From the NCBI RefSeq assembly GCF_963921235.1, contig NC_086097.1:1302001-1366000 (forward strand): a DNA stretch of 64,000 nucleotides. Reading direction: 5' to 3'. This document shows positions 38,502 to 51,826 of this stretch, in pieces (the first letter of the stretch is position 1; the number at the start of each line of letters is the position of its first letter). This DNA comes from Mobula hypostoma (Eukaryota). The notes under the pieces are model-generated. The model saw only the letters and a program-made list of their open reading frames with translations. It ran no database searches and was not told the origin of the DNA. The position numbers were made by a program, and so were the translations under genes.

Positions 38502-40626
38502 GTTATACTTTATACTTTACTGTTGCCAAACAATTGGTACTAGAACGTACAATCATCACAGCGATATTTGATTCTGCGCTTCACACTCCCTGGATTACAA
38601 ATAAATATTAAAAATAGTTAAAATTGGTAAATATTAAAACTTTAAATTATAACTCATAAATAGAAAATAGAAAAATGGGAAGTAAGGTAGTGCAAAAAAG
38701 CCAAGAGGCAGGTCTGGATATTTGGAGGGTACAGCCCAGATCCGGGTCAGGATCTGTTCAGCAGTCTTATCACAGTTGGAAAGAAGCTGTTCCCAAATCT
38801 GGCCGTACGAGTCTTCAAGCTCCTGAGCCTTCTCCCGGAGGGAAGAGGGACGAAAAGTGTGTTGGCTGGGTGAGTCGTGTCCTTGATTATCCTGGCAGCA
38901 CTGCTCCAACAGCATGCGGTGTAAAGTGAGTCCACAGACGGAAGATTGGTTTGTGTGATGTGCTGCGCCGTGTTCACGATCTTCTGTAGCTTCTTTTGGT
39001 CTTGGACAGGACAACTTCCATACCAGGTTGTGATGCACCCTAGAAGAATGCTTTCTACAGCGCATCTATAAAAATTAGTGTGGGTTTTAGGGGACAGGCC
39101 AAATTTCTTTAGTTTTCTCAGGAAGTAAAGGCGCTGGTGGGCCTACTTGGCAGTGGACTCTGCTTGGTTGGACCAAGTCAGATCATTTGTGATATTGACC
39201 CTGAGGAACTTAAAGCTTTTGACCTGTTCCACTTGCGCACCACCAATGTAAATTGGGTCATGCGGTCCGCTACTCCTTCTGAAGTCAACAACCAATTCCT
39301 TCGTCTTGCTGATGTTGAGGGATAGGTTATTGCCTTCGCACCATGCCACCAGGTTCTTAATTTCCTCTCTGTACTCAAACTCATCATTACCCGAGATACG
39401 ACCTACAATTGTTGTGTCATCAGCAGACTTATATATTGAGTTTGATGGAAGCTTGGCTACACAATCATGGGTGTACAGTGAGTACAGCAGGGGGCTGAGT
39501 ACACAGCCTTGTGGGGCACCGGTGCTCAGAGTGATTGTAGAGGAGAGCTTGTCCCCTACTTTTACAGCCTGGGTCCTGTCTGTGAGGAAGTTGAAGATCC
39601 AGCTGCAGATCTGAGTGCTAAGGCCCAGGTTCCGGAGCTTAGGAATCAGTTTATTTGGAATGATGGTATTAAATCCCGATGGATCGAAAATCCCTCCGGT
39701 CGGATGGCACAGTCGGGAGTGGCAGGGGTGAGCCAGGTCTCGGTGAAACAGAATACACAGCAGTTCTGCATCTCCCTGCAGTAGGTGATCATCCACCTTG
39801 TTCTCTATGGCTTGCACATTAGCTAGTAGGATGGTGGGCATAGGGATCCTGAAGCCCTTCAGCTTCAATCTGACCAGCAGCCCAGCTCTTTTCCCACGCT
39901 TCCTCGGTAAGTAGTGCATCTTTCCAGGTTTCCATTGATGCAGTGTGTTGTCGGCGGCTCTTTGATGTTGGTGGACGCGTCCTGTGGGGATCGATCAGCG
40001 GGACGCGTCGTTGTGCGCTCTGGGTCAGGCCGAGTAACGGGGGAGGCTCCGCTGCCACTTCCAGCTGCCGGGGGCCTGGGCTGTCGATTGGGTCAGGACC
40101 CAAAGCCGACACTTAATCCCAGAGGGCCGGGCTCCTGGCTGAAACAAGTCCCTAAGCCGAGTCACGGTTGCGGAGGCCTCCGCTCCTCGGGCTCGATTTC
40201 CGAGGTTGGCGGCGGAGGCCTCACTTCCGGCAGCTGTGGTTGGCCACCAACGGGGGCTTTACGGTGGTCGCTCTGGGGAAGCGTCTGGGGCACCTTGAGG
40301 TCTCCGCCGTCACTTCTGTGTGGTCATCTGCTCTGGAGAGGTGCTGGTTGGAATGGGCTGTGTCTCCAAGCGCTCCAGCACGGTAGCAGACCACGGGTCT
40401 CCGGGAACGTGGTGCGCCTTGCTGGTCAGGTCCAGGTGCGGTCCGGAGTTTAAGAAGCAATTCTGGTGCAGTGGTCTCCAGCTAGGTCAGTAGCTTCGCC
40501 AGGGTGTTGTTGATCTTGATCTTGCTGGATTGGAGGTTTAGAAGGGTTTCTCAGGTATAGGATAGTGGAGAGGGCAGTTTGCTCGGGAGAGCACGCGCAG
40601 AGTCGCCAGTTACCGGCGACATCTTT
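38502..40626 (-). mobile_element. Rex1/Babar LINE with apparently complete 5' end and a large internal deletion
   Basis: (TAAAGTA)n tail; [14 protein letters not shown] and SADD; APE start [12 protein letters not shown] fused to RT FNTII at ~39673; GC/CpG-rich leader starting AAGATGTCGCC. Confidence 0.85.
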
Positions 40627-40754
40627 ATCATCTTTAATGGAGTTAATGATGGTATATGGAGTTGAGTGGGATCTAGGATCAGTCATGATGGAATGGTGGA
40701 CCAGAATCGATGGACTGAATGGCCTAATTCTGCTCCTTTGCCTTATGGTCTTCT

Positions 40755-41405
40755 GATCTTAATTTGCAGGTTGAGTCTGTGGTGAGGAAGGTTCACATTC
40801 ATTTCACGAGCACTAGAATTTAAACACAATGATGTCATGTTGAAACTTCATAAAGCATTGGCGAAGCTTCACTTCGAGTACTGTGAGCAGGTTTGGGCCC
40901 CTTATCTTAGAAAGGAGGTGATGAAACTGGAGAAAGATCAAAGGAGATACAAAAAAATGATTCCAGGATTGACTGGTTTGTCATATGAAGAGCGTTTGAT
41001 GGCTCTGGGCCTGTATTCACTGCAATTCAGAAGAAAGAGGGGTGACCTCATTGAAACCTATTGAATGGTGAAAGGCCTTGATAGAGTGGATGTGGAGAGG
41101 ATGCTTCCTATGGTGAGAGAGTCTGCGACAAGAGGACACAGCCTCAGAATGGAGGGGCAATCTTTTGGAATAGAGATGAGGAGGAATTTCTTTAGCCAGA
41201 GAGTGATGAATCTGTGGAATTCCTTGCCACAGGTATCTGTGGATATTTAAGGCAGAGGTTGATAGAGTCTTGATTGGTCAGAGCATGAAGGGATATGGGG
41301 AGAAGACAGGAATTAGGGCTGAGACAAATATTGGATGAGCCATGATGAAATGGTGGATCAGAGTCGATGGGCCAAAGGGGCTAATTCTGCTCCTGTGTGT
41401 CATGG
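40755..41405 (+). mobile_element. CR1 3' fragment
   Basis: ORFs 40837-41250. Confidence 0.85.
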
Positions 41406-42971
41406 AAAGTTTAATATTCCATCTACAACAGCTGGTGGGACACATCTGACTCTCAAGCACCACGTCTGCAAGGGTGGATGCCCTCGAATATAATACAGAT
41501 CCTCACCATCAGGGCAAACAACTGCCTCTCAGAGCCCTTAAGTGAGGTGTAGTGTTGTGGCAAATAGCATCAGAGAAGCAGTGTAAGCCACTTGACACCT
41601 GGAAACGCTCAGCAGCCTCCAAACTCTGGCAATAACTTCACTCCATGGTTTTCTCCTCAAAGGTGGAAACTAGTGCTCTCAGCTCACAAGCTGTGTACTT
41701 GAGCTAAAGCTGCTGGCAGCTGCATTACAAAAACTGGTCATTTCAGACTGAGTCAGAGTAATTTCTTCACTCAGAGAGAGGTTTGTGAATCTTCGGAACT
41801 CTCCCCACAGAGAGGGATTAATGTATGTCATTGATTATATTGAAACTAAATAAACTTTTGTGCACTCAAGCAAAAGGAGTCAGTGGGAATTAGGTGGGAG
41901 ATGAGCCATGATCTAACTGAATGGTGGAGCAGTTGGAGGCATTGCATGAGTGTATTCTGCACCCGGTTCCTGTGCTCTTAAAGCTGTGTAACTCGTCAGC
42001 CTTTTGGTGTTTTCCAACAACTAGTTTGTGGTCACTGTCTTTGTCCTTGATCACAGTGAGATCTGACTTTAGATACGGTAGTCTTATAGACCAGCTCATT
42101 ATCTATTTATATACGTGTTCACAAATTTGTGGTTGCTACTGGCTGGGTCAACATTTCTTGCCCATTTCAAGTCACCCTAGTCCAAGGGACTTGGTAGGTT
42201 ATTTCAGAGTCAGCACATCACATGCAAGGTTAGGATAGTGAAGTCACATTGCTGAACCAATTCTGTCATTTTCACGGTCACGATGGTCCTGTATTTCCAT
42301 ATTTAGTCAGATATGTACAGTTCAACTTCCCAGCTGCTGTTTGGATTTTGAACTCAAGCATCTGGGTCCTGCTCGAGTAATTTAATTACCATGCTCCTGT
42401 TAACAATTAACCAAAGCCTTTCTTTGATGAGGGTGTACTATCAGTGCACCCTTTTCCATTTTTATCAGGAAGACAGGAATGTGTACCACTGGTACATTAA
42501 GAAAGACCAATATCATCTTTCCCAGACAAGATGGCATACATTCCTTACAGCTGTTAAGGATTTTGAAGTATCCAGTTTCTTCCCATAGTTAAGTACCTTA
42601 TGCCAAAGTAATGGTTAAACATTCGTTGAGACTCATGAAGTCTGTTAACTTGTGGTGCTAGCACCATTACCAGGATGTATCTGGCTTTGAAAAGCTTGGA
42701 CCTTTGCACTTTGGACTAAGTAAAGCTACAGGAAAAACAATGAAGTATGCTAATTACAATGAATGCTAAAATGGAGGTTGTTGAGAGATGGGAATAGGTG
42801 ATGCAGCTCTTAGTTCCAAGGTAGTGAGGTTGGAGTGAGTAAGAAGCAGTGTTTCATTGCTGAGGTGAGTGGTAGATTTCAAAATCACTTCTCAGAGATA
42901 GAACACAGACTGTTCAGTTTCTCTAGGAATTTAGGTTTCTAGATTTGCAAAGATTTTTCACTTACTTATGC

Positions 42972-44233
42972 AGAACATAGAACATAGAACATAGAATAGT
43001 ACAGCACAGTACAGGCCTTTCGGCCCACAATGTTATGCCAAACCTCAAACCCTGCCTCCCATATAAGCCCCCACCTTAGATTCCTCCATATACCTGTCTA
43101 GTAGTCTCTTAAACTTCACTAGTGTATCTGCCTCCACCACTGACTCAGGCAGTGCATTCCACACAACAACCACTCTCTGAGTAAAAAACCTCCCTCTAAT
43201 ATCCCCCTTGAACTTCCCACCCCTTACCATAAAGCCATGTCCTCTTGTATTGAGCAGTGGTGCCCTGGGGAAGAGGCGCTGGCTATCCACTCTATCTATT
43301 CCTCTTATTATCTTGTACACCTCTATCATGTCTCCTCTCATTCTCCTTCTCTCCAAAGAGTAAAGCCCTAGCTCCCTTAATCTCTGATCATAATGCATAC
43401 TTTCTAAACCAGGCAGCATCCTGGTAAATATCCTCTGTACCCTTTCCAATGCTTCCACATCCTTCCTATAGTGAAGAGACCAGAACTGGACACAATACTC
43501 CAAGTGTGGCCTAACCAGAGTTTTATAGAGCTGCATCATTACATCGCGACTCTTAAACTCTATCCCTCGACTTATGAAAGCTAATACCCCATAAGCTTTC
43601 TTAACTACCCTATCCACCTGTGAGGCAACTTTCAGGGATCTGTGGACATGTACCCCGAGATCCCTCTGCTCCTCCACACTACCAAGTATCCTGCCATTTA
43701 CTTTGTACTCTGCCTTGGAGTTTGTCCTTCCAAAGTGTACCACCTCACACTTCTCCGGGTTGAACTCCATCTGCCACTTCTCAGCCCACTTCTGCATCCT
43801 ATCAATGTCTCTCTGCAACCTTTGACAATCCTCTACACTATCTACAACACCACCAACCTTTGTGTCGTCTGCAAACTTGCCAACCCACCCTTCTACCCCC
43901 ACATCCAGGTCATTAATAAAAATCACGAAAAGTAGAGGTCCCAGAACAGATCCTTGTGGGACACCACTAGTCACAATCCTCCAATCTGAATGTACTCCCT
44001 CCACCACCACCCTCTGCCTTCTGCAGGCAAGCCAATTCTGAATCCACCTGGCCAAAGTTCCCTGGATCCCATGCCTTCTAATTTTCTGAATAAGCCTACT
44101 GAGTGGAACCTAGTCAAATGCCTTACTAAAATCCATATAGATCACATCCACTGCACTACCCTCATCTATATGCCTGGTCACCTCCTTAAAGAACTCTATC
44201 AGGCTTGTTAGACACGATCTGCCCTTCACAAAG
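42972..44233 (-). mobile_element. Young CR1 3' 1.26 kb, same subfamily as 14590-19416
   Basis: Uninterrupted 336-aa ORF2 C-half; (TTCTATG)3 tail. Confidence 0.93.
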
Positions 44234-45534
44234 CAAATCACAAAGAAGGACTGATATTTATTTGACCAATTCTAACCATGAAGACTGTTTAAGATACTTA
44301 CATGTAACGTCCAGTTTAAGCTCTGTGGTTATGGGAACAAGTTTCTCCTCAAGTGCAGCAAAAATCAAAACAAGAGTAAATGAAATGCTTACAATGGAGA
44401 ACAACAGCATATAACCCTATTCTTAGCAAAGTGCCTAACCCTTCATGTTTATACTATATATGACAATAGGAAACAAATTACACATGGACCCAGCACACAG
44501 ATTAGACATGGCTTGCTATGATCCAGTGTTCACAATTGCTATGAGTGTTTTCAGCCACTTTCCACTGATACAGGTGGAAGTAATACGTAACTCTGGCCAC
44601 AGTTACAATGTCAAGGATACACACGAATGACACAGCAAAGGTTGCCACAGACTGATACAACGTTACTTCACCTACCTTTTCCAATTTTAAACAACTAATG
44701 GAAATTAGAAAAATTGTTTTTTAAAGCACCTGGTATTTAAAGCACTACAGTCTGGTAGTTATAATAACAGTAAACATCCCAGTGGAGCAGATCAATTTCC
44801 AAACTTAGCAAACTCTGAAAAATATAGCCTGCCCCAGCGAAAGGAAAGTGCTAACACATGTACAGAACCAGGATTGCCGCAAGAGTTGATTAACATCAGC
44901 CCTGTTAGTCTGAGATGACGTACTCACAGGGAAACCAGTCTCAGAATAGCGAACCTGCACAGAAGGAACTAACAATTCACTGACTCCCAGTATTTGGGAC
45001 TTCTGTACCTTTTCATGTAGGGCACAGGCCAGGGATGTGCTGAAAGGAGTTACAAGTAACCTGGCCATCAGGGAAGTACAACGGACAATGTGCATAATTC
45101 GTCATCACACAATATTGTCAATTGTCAAGATAATATTGCTTCTTTATAGAATTACAGAATTTTACAGCAGAGGATGAGGTCTATTGGTCCAACTCGCACA
45201 GCAGCCAAACTGGCCTTGTGTTAATCCCACTGCTCTTCAAACAGTCATCTTGTCATGGTAGTATAGACTCATTCTCCCAGTTTGTGCACTTCAGGCTAGA
45301 ATATTCTGTGCTGACCAATTAAGTACCTAGTCTGGCCAGGAACTGTCTTCCTCCCTCTATTAAAAGTAAGAGAACCATTGTGGGTTTGTTGTCCTCCTGC
45401 ACTTCTAATGATCTCGGTGGTTAATCCCATGATCTTTCTTTCCCTTCCCCAGAGTTGTGGGCAGTAATTAGACAATAGATTTTGTTTTCAGAATGAAAGA
45501 GAACAGTGGAGAGCTGTTTGGGGTGAACTCTTAC

Positions 45535-45638
45535 TTGTATGTTTGAGTTTTATCCAACCAGATTCCGCAGATAATGGAGCCAACCATTCCGGAAACCACG
45601 ATAGTGAGGCCAATCCTCCCTGCATTCAGTTCTTCACC
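45535..45638 (-). CDS. FLVCR2: Internal coding exon of an FLVCR-family (SLC49/MFSD7) MFS choline/ethanolamine/heme transporter, exon 5 equivalent; FLVCR2-like, FLVCR1 not excluded
   Basis: The minus strand reads CTGTTTCTCAG|GGTGAA...ACATACAA|GTAAGA: 104 nt, phase 0 to 2, translating [34 protein letters not shown](K). This matches the FLVCR1/2 segment [16 protein letters not shown]....G.WLD..KTYK with the same exon boundaries. TIVV and GIWLD lean towards FLVCR2 (from recall, not a search). Confidence 0.9.
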
Positions 45639-46372
45639 CTGAGAAACAGATAGTTATTAGTGAGCTTCCTCAGGTTATTACACGAGAAACATTTCCATCT
45701 GGTGGATGACTACAGCTGCAGGGACGGTTCACATTCATTTACCACACATACACAAACTGGTCTGCACTCACACTTGCTAAAAACCATCAACATTGACTCT
45801 AAAACAAGGTTCATTCCAAAAACAAAAAAAAAATTAGCATCTGGATTATTTCTGTCTTCAGTTATTCCTGCTGAAAATTAATATCTTCAGAGTTCAATCC
45901 AAAAGGTTAAGTCTCTTCAAGATTAATTGGGTTAAATATCTTCAGCAGAGAAATATGAGCAGATACATCTGCAAGGATAGTTTCCTTGAGTTTGTCTACT
46001 TTTTGAACATCTCAGACCATTGACATTCAAACAGCAGCTGTGGGAGCAAACGCCAAAGCACTTTGCACTGTCATTCTAATACAGTATTTTCTTAAGACAG
46101 CACTTTCAAAGTGCTTCAAAATATAAAAGAACACCACAAAGTTTATAACTGGTCACAAATGTCTCAAAGACAAATTGTACCCATCCAGTTAAATGATGTA
46201 AAAAGTACAGATTAAGCTAGCAAAGCACTAGGTCTCTTTTCTGGTACATTACACAAGGCCTTACTGAAAAAATATCATCACTCCCAAACAAATGGACATA
46301 TTGAGTTTGGACAAGACCTGCTGGACTGATCTACTGAACGGATCTATTGGTTCAACTGGACTCACAAATGAA

Positions 46373-47097
46373 CATATGGTAAGGCTCTTGGCAGTGTGGA
46401 GGATCACAGAGGTCTTGAGGTCCATTTCAAAGCTATTGTGCAGGTTGACAGTGTTGTTAAGAAAGTGTATGGTATATTACTATTCATCAACCATGGAATT
46501 GAGTTCAAAAGCCGTGAGATAATGTTACAGCTATATAAGACCTTAGTCAGACCCAACTTAGAGTACTATGTTCAGTTCTGGTCACCTCACTACAGGAAGG
46601 ATGTGGATACTATAAAGCGAGTGCAGAGGAGATTTATAAGGATGTTGCCTGGATTGGAGAATGTGCTTTAAGAGAACAGGTTGAGTGAACTCGGCCTTTA
46701 CTCCTTGGAGCGGCGGAGGATGAGAGGTGACCTGATAGAGGCGTACGAGATGATGAGAGGCATTGATCGTGTGGATAGTCAGAGGCATTTTCCCAGGGCT
46801 GAAATGGCTAACACAAGGGTGCATAGTTTTAAGGTGCTTGGTAGTAGGTACAGAAGGGATGTCAGGGGCAAGTCTTTCACACAGAGTGGTGGGTGCATGG
46901 AATACACTGCTGGCGATGGTGGTGGAGGTGGATACAATGGGGTCTTTTCAGAGACTCGTAAATAGGTATGTGGAGCTTAGAAAAATAGAGGGCTATGTGG
47001 TGGAGTAATACTATGCAGTTTCTAGAGTAGGTTACATAGTCGGCACAACATTGTGGTCCGAAGGACCTCTAATGTGCTGTAAATTTCTATGTTCTAC
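46373..47097 (+). mobile_element. CR1 3' fragment
   Basis: LYKTLVRPNLEYYVQFWSPHYRKD; tail. Confidence 0.88.
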
Positions 47098-47904
47098 ATC
47101 GGTTTGGACGTAATATATTGAACTGACAAATGGACAAACTTGGGTTTAGATGATATCTGTCTGATTGAGGTTGGCCAAACTAAAAAGCATAATGTGGCAA
47201 TGATGTGGTAAAATAGAGCAAAGTTTCATCAGATTACACTATGGTGCACGCTGCCAATCTCAACCATACTCCAGTGTCGAGTGAACAGCAGAAGCCAAAG
47301 AGCTGGCCAGAATAAAGGCAGGAGGAAAGACTGTGGGATAACTATCTCAGACTCCAGTCATGAACATCCCAACAGCCAAATGAAAAGGAAGGACAAAGAG
47401 TATCTAGAGGCATGGTGCCCAGGGACCCAGTAGAAACACCTTTGTACATAAGAGGGGCCATTTGGCCCACATTTCCCATTCTGCCCTATAATAATATCAC
47501 ACATGACAAACTGGGTCATTTTAAAATGAAGCTTCCAATTGCAGGGTCTTTCAGTCTGATCAAGTTGAAGAGCTTTTAGTTATTTGGTCTTGAGGATCCC
47601 TCTGACATTTGGCAGATCACACTGCACCTTGACCGTCTTCCCTTGCAAAACACTGGAATTAATCTGATAGCCATCCCTCAGAGGTGGGAGGCAGCACCTA
47701 CTTTCTGAAATGGGAATAATATGCACTCAGAGCTAAACCCATGAACATTCTTCATTCCTTAAATGTTATCAATCCACTTGCATCACAGAAATAAAGTTGT
47801 GTTAACACTAGGAAAACTAACAAGCAAAAAGTTTGGAATCAGAAATCCCTCCAATATTTCACTAAGTAAAACACAAGACTTAGTAAGAATGATAAATTGC
47901 ATCA

Positions 47905-48775
47905 GGTTATAATGTGGTAACTGGATCAGCAAATTTGCTGATGACACCAAGATTGAGGTGGACAGCAAGGAAGTCTATCAAAGCAGGATCTGAACCAGCT
48001 GGAAAAACAGGCTGAAAAATGGCTGATAGTTCTTACACAGCGAATGAAAGGGCACTGAGGACTGCGGCTGAACAAAGGGATCTGGGAATACAGATCCATT
48101 ATTCATTGAAAGTGGTGGCACAGGTTGGTAGGGTCATAAAGAAAGCTTTTGGCATGATGGCCTTCGCAAATCGAAGTATTGAATAAAGGACATGGGATGT
48201 TATGTTGGAGTTGTATTAGACATTGGTGAGGCCTAATTTGAAGTAATATGTGCAGTTTTGGTCACCTACTTACAGGAAAGATGCAAATAAGGTTGGAAGA
48301 GTACAGAGAAAATTTACAAGGATGTTGCTGAAATTGGAGGACCTGAGTAATAAGGTCCTCAAGTCGCATGGGGACTAGGTTAGGAGTTTACTCCTTGGTA
48401 CGTAGAAGCTTGAGCAGAGATTTGACAGAGATGTACAAAATTATGAGAGGTATAGATGGGGTAAATGCAAACAGGCCCTTTTCACTGAGGTTGGGTGGGA
48501 CCACAACTACAGGTCACGGGTTAAGGGTGAAAGGTGAAAAGTTTAAAGGGAACATGAGGGGAAATCCCTTCATTCAGAGGGTCATGAACTGCCAGCACAA
48601 GTGGTGCACTTGAGCTCCATTTCAACATTTAAGTGAAGTTCAGATGGGTACATGGATGGCAGGGTATGGAGGGCTGTGGTCCGGGTACAGGTTGATAGGA
48701 CCAGGCACCTTAAACAGTTTGGCATGGACTAGATGGGCAAAAGGGCCCATGTTTGTGTTGTATTTTTCTATGACT
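47905..48775 (+). mobile_element. Old CR1 3' fragment
   Basis: aaatttgctgatgacaccaag (KFADDTK) through a degenerate C-terminus. Confidence 0.78.
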
Positions 48776-51700
48776 CCGTAATCTCTTTTAGAAAGGAGGA
48801 GTTTGGCAGCTTTCATGAAGGGGAATCTAGGCCAAAAATAAAACTTCTAGTTATGTGATCTTCATTAAATTTTATTCAGTTTAGATCCTACTGATTGGTT
48901 ATAACCTGGCTGGTTGGAGAAGCAGACAGGAGCTTTGTGCATACATGCAAGCTAAGTAACTAGTAACTAGTTTCTTCTCTCACTATGCCTTTTAATTTTT
49001 TTCTTTATTATCAGTCCCGTGTGTTTTTGATGCCATTCATTATAGTACTGTGGTGGTTTGGTTACCATGTGTATATTCTGACTTTTGGACTAAATTGACT
49101 TCAGGATGTCTGTAAAAACAGAAACTGTTTGTTACCCGGGGATGGCAGTAACAGGGGAAGCTTCTAGCCCAAAGACACTAATAGGCAGTCCTGACCATGG
49201 TGTAGAGAGAGAAGATCCTGGTATTGCTGACTCACGGTTTTCCAGGGTGACAGACTACTCCTGTGGTATGCCAGAATGAAGAAGAATCATATTTGAATTA
49301 ATTCACCATAAACAAATTTACTTTTAAAACACACAGCTCCTGTAAAGTACAGTTAAATATCTATGCTTTGATTTGGATTCTAAACCATTGTAGGGTATTA
49401 AAAAAAATCTATTCCATTTGGTTGATTTGAGCTTGGTATTCATCCTGGCTCTTTCAGGTTTTATCACTTACAAATGAATTTGAATTCAATGAACCATTTC
49501 ATCACTTCCTACCGGAGTTCTTCCAGCTGCGTTGTACGTCTGTAGGAACCAACACAGTAGTACTGTACTCCAGCTACCCGGCATCCGCTGGAAGAATCTG
49601 TTTACTGGGTAAGATGACACTATCATTTTGTACAATATACGGATGTCCCAAACAGACACTCAGGAGTTGCAGTACAAATTGTAGTCACATTAATTAAGCT
49701 GAAATAATGAAGACATTAGATTGCTGTATTTAAAATTCCAGCAGCACCAAATCTCAGACTGTTAACAATAGGCTGCAGCACCTCTCAATGCTGCTTTGCA
49801 GGTAGCTGACAGAATATGCAAGAAAGGCCAGCACCAGCCCTGAACGAGATTTCCTTCCATTACTATCAGCGAGCATCTCTTACCCACCAGGCTTCTCCTC
49901 AAGATTGAACAATCGAAGTGGAGAAATTAGTGGGAAATGCCAGCACAATCTCTAAGGCTTTGATTGCGTGGTACAGCACACAGATACACCAGCGTGTCTC
50001 AGAGTGCACCGGCTGCTCTGTATTTCACTATGTTAGGGCAGATGGCAGAATTGCAGAGGAAAAGGATTGACAAAGGCAGAAGAAACTTGTCCTCATGACT
50101 CATTCGATAACATTCATCAGATAAATTATGATCAACGTTAACATTCTGGTTTCCCTACAAGTTGTAGCAAATGCATCAAGAGCAAAATGCTGAGATTGTA
50201 ACAGTAACATTTACACAAATTAATAATGTTTACACATTTCCATCTATACATCCTGAGACTGGTTTGCTATAATGTAGATGTATAATGCTCCCAAATCTAT
50301 TTGTAGACCAGAAGAATATTATCCTGTTATTGGTAATTATTGGATTATCATTCCTTCATTGGTAATAACAGTGCATAGGACATTAACCCATCGAACACAG
50401 GAGGTCCATTGGATGAGGGAGGAAATGACCATCAGCATATACAACTGAAAACAGTGCGCACACACACGCTCACTCAAACAGCAGCAGGACAGTTTACTAG
50501 ACTGAGTCACTGGAGATTGTAGCACATATCAAGCTCTCTCGGATAAAGTGTGCAATTTGAGTGGCTGCAGAAACCAAACATCAGTGGTGCCTGACAGAAG
50601 CTGTTCAGTTCTTCAGCCTCCGACAATTCCATCCAAATAAATTGGGATTGATCAATCAAGTCTGGAAATCTGAATATTGAGAGATGAAACATGCACCAAG
50701 TCTTTCTCCAATGTGAAAGGACTGTTTGTAATGGTGATGTTCAATCAAGGGGAATAAATTCTAAAGGTGAAAAAAACCAATCAACTTATCAGAGTGAAGC
50801 AGTGTGTGGTGGGGTGAAAACGATCTTTGATACTACTGAAATCGACAGAGGTTGAAGAATTTTGCTGCTGAAAAGTTCTCAAAGATAAAAAAAATGAGAA
50901 GCACAGAAATAATGAATGGCACTAATGTGCCTTCATGAGTCCCTGCTGAAATAACAGGTCATTTGGATGAATAAGGAAAATGGACAGACCTTGAGGAGAT
51001 GATGATTTTGTTAAACCAATAAGATTAGTAATGATTAGATACAGAAAGTGGAACAGCTAGTAAAAGAATATCTTCACTTTTGACAAGTTGGGTTACTTTG
51101 TGAAACAGCATAACATTGGCAAAAACAGTCGAGTATTTCAACAGAAGAGTTAGAATAAGGCCATAAAACATAGGAGTAGAGTTAGGCCATTCAGCTCTTC
51201 AAATCTGCTCTGCCATTCGATCATAACTATTTATTTCTCTCTCTCTCCCCCCCATTCTCCTCTCTTCCCCATCCCCCCCCCATTTGTAACCTTTAATACC
51301 CACACTAATCAAGAATCTATCAATCTCTGCTTTAAGTATACCGAATTGCTTGGCCTCCACAGCCGTCTGTGGCACTGAATTCCATAGATTCAGCACCCTC
51401 TGGTTAAAGGAACTATTCCTCATCTCAATTCTAAGGAGATGTTCTTGTATTCTGAAGCTGTTCCCTCTGGTCATGGGCTTCACCACTACTGGAAACATCA
51501 ACTCTATCTTGGCCTTTCAATATTTTGATAGGTTTCAATGAGATTCCCCAGCGCATTCTTCTAAACTCCAGTGACTACAGGCTCAGAGCCATCCAATGCG
51601 CTTCATATATTAACCCTTTCATTCCTGGGGTCATTCTGCTAAATATACTCCAGACCCACTCCAACACCAGCGCATCCTTTCTTATATATGGGGCCAAAAT

Positions 51701-51826
51701 CTGCTCATAGTAATCCAAATATGGTCTCACAAATGCCTTATACAGCTTCGGAATTACACCCTTGGTCTTATAATCTAGTCTTATCAAAATTAATGTTAAC
51801 ATTGTGTTTGCATTCCTGACTACAAA

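Noticed and set aside
39914..40453. GC-rich 179-aa ORF or host CpG-island promoter
   Set aside because: Lies within the Rex1 leader, antisense to the element; the low stop frequency follows from GC content.
44302..44416. Exon-like hydrophobic segment GYMLLFSIVSISFTLVLIFAALEEK with GTAAGT donor
   Set aside because: Phase and sequence do not match FLVCR exon 6; weak acceptor.
44928..44954. 27-nt microexon candidate with good acceptor and GTGAGT donor
   Set aside because: No homology; such site pairs are expected by chance and need RNA evidence.
49606..49660. MIVSSYP|GT resembling the end of FLVCR exon 4
   Set aside because: In-frame stop upstream and no G.FY..TLLN motif.
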